Positions 60,510 to 64,000 of a DNA stretch of 64,000 nucleotides are shown here, piece by piece. How positions within the stretch are numbered: position 1 is the first letter of the stretch; each line of letters opens with the position of its first letter. This stretch comes from Elsinoe ampelina (taxonomy: Eukaryota): assembly GCA_010093995.1 (NCBI GenBank), contig ML992504.1, positions 1,787,394-1,851,393 of the forward strand. The letters run 5' to 3'. Position numbers and translations under genes: made by a program. The notes below the pieces were generated by a model. That model searched no databases and was not told the origin of the DNA. It saw only the letters and a list, made by a program, of their open reading frames with translations.

Positions 60510-62297
60510 TTACTTGCCTAAGAAAGCCCATGGCTCCACCAATCCCTCCTGGATCAAGCCGCTTCGCAGAACCTCCACTCTGGCCCCATCATCCTGCACC
60601 TGCTGATCTTGCTTTCCGGTGAACCATCCTTTCCAGGTCTTCTTCTCTCCAGTTTCCAGCCTGTTCTCCTGCATGCGAGCCGCCATGAGTCCCCAATTGC
60701 CCAGCCCCATGATCACACATTCCCTGCAGCCTTCTCTTTCCGCCCTGCTCATGCCCGTTCTTCTCTCTCTTTCCCTTTCCTTCTCACTACCATCACCCTG
60801 TACGGTTCGAATGATAGCCGCTACATCCCTGAAGGTAGTGGTGGCTTGCTCCGTTGCAGTCCTCGTCCATGCAAGACCATCATTCTGTCTTCCTGATGAG
60901 GTGGAGAAGAGGATCTCGCCGATATACGTCATCAACTCTGCCTCTTTGCATTTGAGAGCCGCCTGCGAGAGGGTGGATAATGGCTCATCGCCCGTTCGGA
61001 GCGGGAGTGGAAACTCATCTGGTCGAAAGAATTTGGCGGACCATTCTGCAAGCGGTCCGGAAGGGGCAGGCTGAGCGATGCTGCCAGAAGTCGAGCTCGG
61101 AGTAGGATGAGACTGAGCATACCGGACAGCACGAAGAGTGGAGAGGAGAATCGGCAGTGCACTCTTGGTTTGTGAAGTTCGAGAGAGAAAGGTCGCCTGG
61201 GCGGTGTAGGTTGAGACGAGATTGGGGGTTGCTGAAGCAGGATCTTTATCTATGATGCTTGTACCTTGGGCGGCGGTAGCAAGTTCAGTAGTATGTAGTG
61301 GTGATCCGTTGGTGGCAATAGCATATTGAGCAACAGCTTGTGCATACTGGTACTGCTCCTCGGCTGCCTTGTGGTTCTTGTTGAATTCGAGCCAATTGGC
61401 ATGAGCCAGCATGGCGTCGACCCGTTGTTTGGTCGAGAAGCCGATGCCGTAAGCAAGACGATTGTACAGGACCGCCGGGTCTGGAAATGCGGGTTCACAG
61501 TCATCCTCTCGTGGTTGGACGTTGCCTGGTGATAGTAACCGAGGGTTTGGATTCGAGGGGCCTTCGACAGTAACCTTGGGAAAGAAGGTACCGTGTCGAC
61601 GATCAAACACCATGTCTTGTAGATGTTCCGCCGCGAGTGCTGCCCTCATGACTGTCTCTGCGTATCCGGCCTTCCATGCTTCCGACTTTTCTGTGACATC
61701 CATGGCGGCAGGCCCGATATCTCTCACCACTCCATACGCGGCTGCGCCTTGCGGTGCAATTTGTCTGGCACCTCTGCCGTCTCCCGCCTGGTCCTCGAGT
61801 CTGAGCAGGCATAATCTCCAGTGCTTTCCGACGCGGCCCCAGTCAACCTGTGCCATGTGACCAACGTCGTCCGCATATTGCAGCCATGCGGACCTCCAAG
61901 CGCTTCTCGTGAGGTAGGACCACTCAGCGGGAGACGGGTAGATTCTTTCGACGAGTTCACACCTCCAGCTGTATGTAGCAAATCCCACCAGTCCAAGGAC
62001 GACAAATCCGAGGCCTGTCCATTTTGCGGCTAGGAGAGTTTGTTCTCGTACGTATTGCTTATTCTCTGTACTGAGCACACGTGCAACCTGTCTTTGAACA
62101 AGGGAACGGGGTAGGTGAGCACCAGGTTGCGCTAGGAAAGGTAATTGTGGTCGAGGCGCATTCGTTCTTGTCAAGAGGAGAAGTGGGTGGTTAGACGTGA
62201 ACAGGCGCGGTCTGGAGACGGCGCTGGATGGTCGGGCGCGCCATGACGGACGCAGCAGTGAAGCCGTCCGAGATGCAGTCAGTATGCTGCGCTGCAT
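60510..62297 (-). CDS. Hypothetical mitochondrial membrane protein with helical-repeat-like domain
   Basis: Arg/Ser-rich presequence from ATG 62297, one TM (WTGLGFVVLGLVGFATY), P.EWS, helical C-terminus (EAELMTYIGEILF). Confidence 0.75.
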   Translation of the reverse strand: MQRSILTASRTASLLRPSWRARPSSAVSRPRLFTSNHPLLLLTRTNAPRPQLPFLAQPGAHLPRSLVQRQVARVLSTENKQYVREQTLLAAKWTGLGFVVLGLVGFATYSWRCELVERIYPSPAEWSYLTRSAWRSAWLQYADDVGHMAQVDWGRVGKHWRLCLLRLEDQAGDGRGARQIAPQGAAAYGVVRDIGPAAMDVTEKSEAWKAGYAETVMRAALAAEHLQDMVFDRRHGTFFPKVTVEGPSNPNPRLLSPGNVQPREDDCEPAFPDPAVLYNRLAYGIGFSTKQRVDAMLAHANWLEFNKNHKAAEEQYQYAQAVAQYAIATNGSPLHTTELATAAQGTSIIDKDPASATPNLVSTYTAQATFLSRTSQTKSALPILLSTLRAVRYAQSHPTPSSTSGSIAQPAPSGPLAEWSAKFFRPDEFPLPLRTGDEPLSTLSQAALKCKEAELMTYIGEILFSTSSGRQNDGLAWTRTATEQATTTFRDVAAIIRTVQGDGSEKERERERRTGMSRAEREGCRECVIMGLGNWGLMAARMQENRLETGEKKTWKGWFTGKQDQQVQDDGARVEVLRSGLIQEGLVEPWAFLGK

Positions 62298-62783
62298 TGA
62301 GGTCTTGTCATGACATGTTGTCTTGTACTGATGTGTAGGGAAGTTGAGGAAGGAGCTCCACTGTCTGGGCTTGAATTTGCTCTCGGCCTCGGCACGTTGC
62401 CGTCGAAAACGTGTCACGCCTTTGCAAGAGATCAAGACAATTCCAGAACCTCAGAATGACCCATTTTGCGCATTGGTGATAGTATTGCAGTGCAGGTCAT
62501 AACTACCAGGGTCACTATCCCAGACCACGTCACTCAGCAGCTAAGAATTAGTGTGCGAACACTTTACCCCGAATATACCGGTAACTAGTCTTTGGGGACT
62601 TGGTGATGTTTCTCGCTTCTACAAAATCAACGGGCCATCAGGTCTCATCTTCGCCCAGATATCAACGTAGTCACTGGGCAACGGCGAAAGGATACAGATA
62701 TATTTCATGTATTCAAACGTGCCACTTTGTAGAATTTCTGGTTCCTCAGCTCACAGCTGAGAAAGAACATTCAATACTTCATC

Positions 62784-63130
62784 ATGAAGCTCTCTATCGC
62801 CACCCTATCATTGGCGACATTGGTGCCAGCCGCATTGGTCACGCGCAACACCAATTACACGACAGGCAATGTGGCCGACGATGTTACAGCCAACAGATGT
62901 GGCGCTCTCACAGTGTTGTTTGCTCGTGGCACAACAGAGCCAGGAACACTCGGCATCATGGTCGGACCTCGACTATTTGCGGAGCTTAGGAATGACACGA
63001 ATGGCGATGTTGATCCGGCTACCAGGGAAGGCAATATCAATCGAGGTCAGGATGGCGGGCCAGAGATGGCTCGTTTGGCTCAGCTGGCAGTGCAGAATTG
63101 CCCAGAGACAAAGATCGCGCTTGTAGGGTA
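62784..63130 (+). pseudogene. Cutinase (CE5), 5' half, interrupted by a transposon
   Basis: Signal peptide, CGALTVLFARGTTEPGTLG..VGP, CPETKIALVG, then TA|ACGT where G-Y-S-Q-G should continue. Confidence 0.9.
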
Positions 63131-64000
63131 ACGTCTGCCCCGGGGATCTGGCCATCCCCTAGAACTGGCCACTTTAGGGTTAACCCTATCTGCAGCCAAT
63201 CGGAGAGCGTGATTTTGCCCCGAGACTAGTCCAAAATAGTGTTCTCGGATTTCTATCTTCTTCTAAGCTTTATTACACCTGACAACTACCTTTTCTAATA
63301 GTTCTAGCTATCTTAATTAAATGTAAAAAGTAGCTTAAAGAGGCTATATATGAATATTATTATTAGAAAGGTAAGATATTGAAAAAAGAGCTTAAATAGC
63401 GCTTTCCTCTTGTTACTAGACAAACTCTTACTTATTATTTAAGAGAATTATATAAGTTATATATAATAAGCTATTCTTATTAGTAGTACCTTATACTAGC
63501 ATAAGAGAATGCTCTAATTAAGTTTATTTACTTTCTATCCTTTAATAGCTTTAATCTAAACAATTACTAGCTTAATTAGTACACTAGTTACTTACTTAAA
63601 TTCTTAACTATCTAACTAGTATATATACTCTCTACCTCTATTAGTAAGTACTAGTATATCTACTTTAAAGAGCGCTATCTAGAGATCGATCTCTAGTGTC
63701 GTTCGGCTATAGATAGTAATAGATTAGAAGAGCTTAGTAACACTAAAAAGGTAAAGGCTTAGTTTAAGTTAGTAGTATACGCCTTTAAAGTCTTTAATAT
63801 TAAGCCTTATAACACTTATAATATAGACAAGATTAGCTATATACTTAGTTAATTACTTTATAAGTAGATCTAGATTATAAGTAATAATAAGTATAAGTTC
63901 TATTTATATTAATCTAGTAACTATAAGTAGGCTATAGCTATTAAGACTCTAAGTATTATTAGCTATATAGTACTACTAATGTTTATCTTAAAGAGTTAAA
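63131..64000 (+). mobile_element. RIP-mutated Fot1/pogo (Tc1-mariner) DNA transposon, left part
   Basis: TA target followed by an ACGT-starting TIR with internal repeats CCCCGGGGATCTGGCCA (63138-63154) and CCCCTAGAACTGGCCA (63156-63171). The de-RIPped + frame gives QENAL..FI, IGKHW..RF..RHP (~63640) and YNMDE.G..LG (63817-). Confidence 0.9.

Noticed and set aside
1..64000. tRNA, rRNA or snoRNA genes
   Set aside because: None recognised by eye; tRNAscan-SE and Infernal would be needed to exclude them.

Overview
Gene-dense window of a filamentous ascomycete genome. Introns are GT-AG with CTRAC/CTRAY branch sites, mostly 46-54 nt. Two AT-rich blocks show the RIP signature (TpA-rich, CpA/TpG-poor). 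About 26 protein-coding genes or gene relics can be supported. They include an RNAi RdRP, GPI2, an acetyl-CoA transporter, D-lactate dehydrogenase, RRP40, SSZ1, a PAP2 phosphatase, a 2OG-Fe(II) oxygenase, a Pol mu-like X-family polymerase tail-to-tail with REV3, SLU7, YAE1, a P450 and a GH76. Main observations: (1) a candidate acylated-mannan system made of a GT32 mannosyltransferase, an acyltransferase-3 and an unannotated type-II membrane protein with GT91/GH130-like propeller motifs, with GH76 and a DUF3712-like gene nearby; (2) a 4.5-kb RIP-destroyed element between REV3 and SLU7 whose integrase-type DDE transposase, 30-bp imperfect TIRs and 6-bp TSD can be reconstructed by eye (IS3EU-like); (3) a RIPed Fot1/pogo element inserted at the TA of the Tyr codon in a cutinase G-Y-S-Q-G motif; (4) a 514-nt GPI2 intron holding a ~100-codon hydrophobic ORF that an alternative acceptor would join in frame to exon 1; (5) about nine strand-symmetric C/A-rich to G/T-rich skew switches. 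All family calls come from motif recognition; no database search was run.
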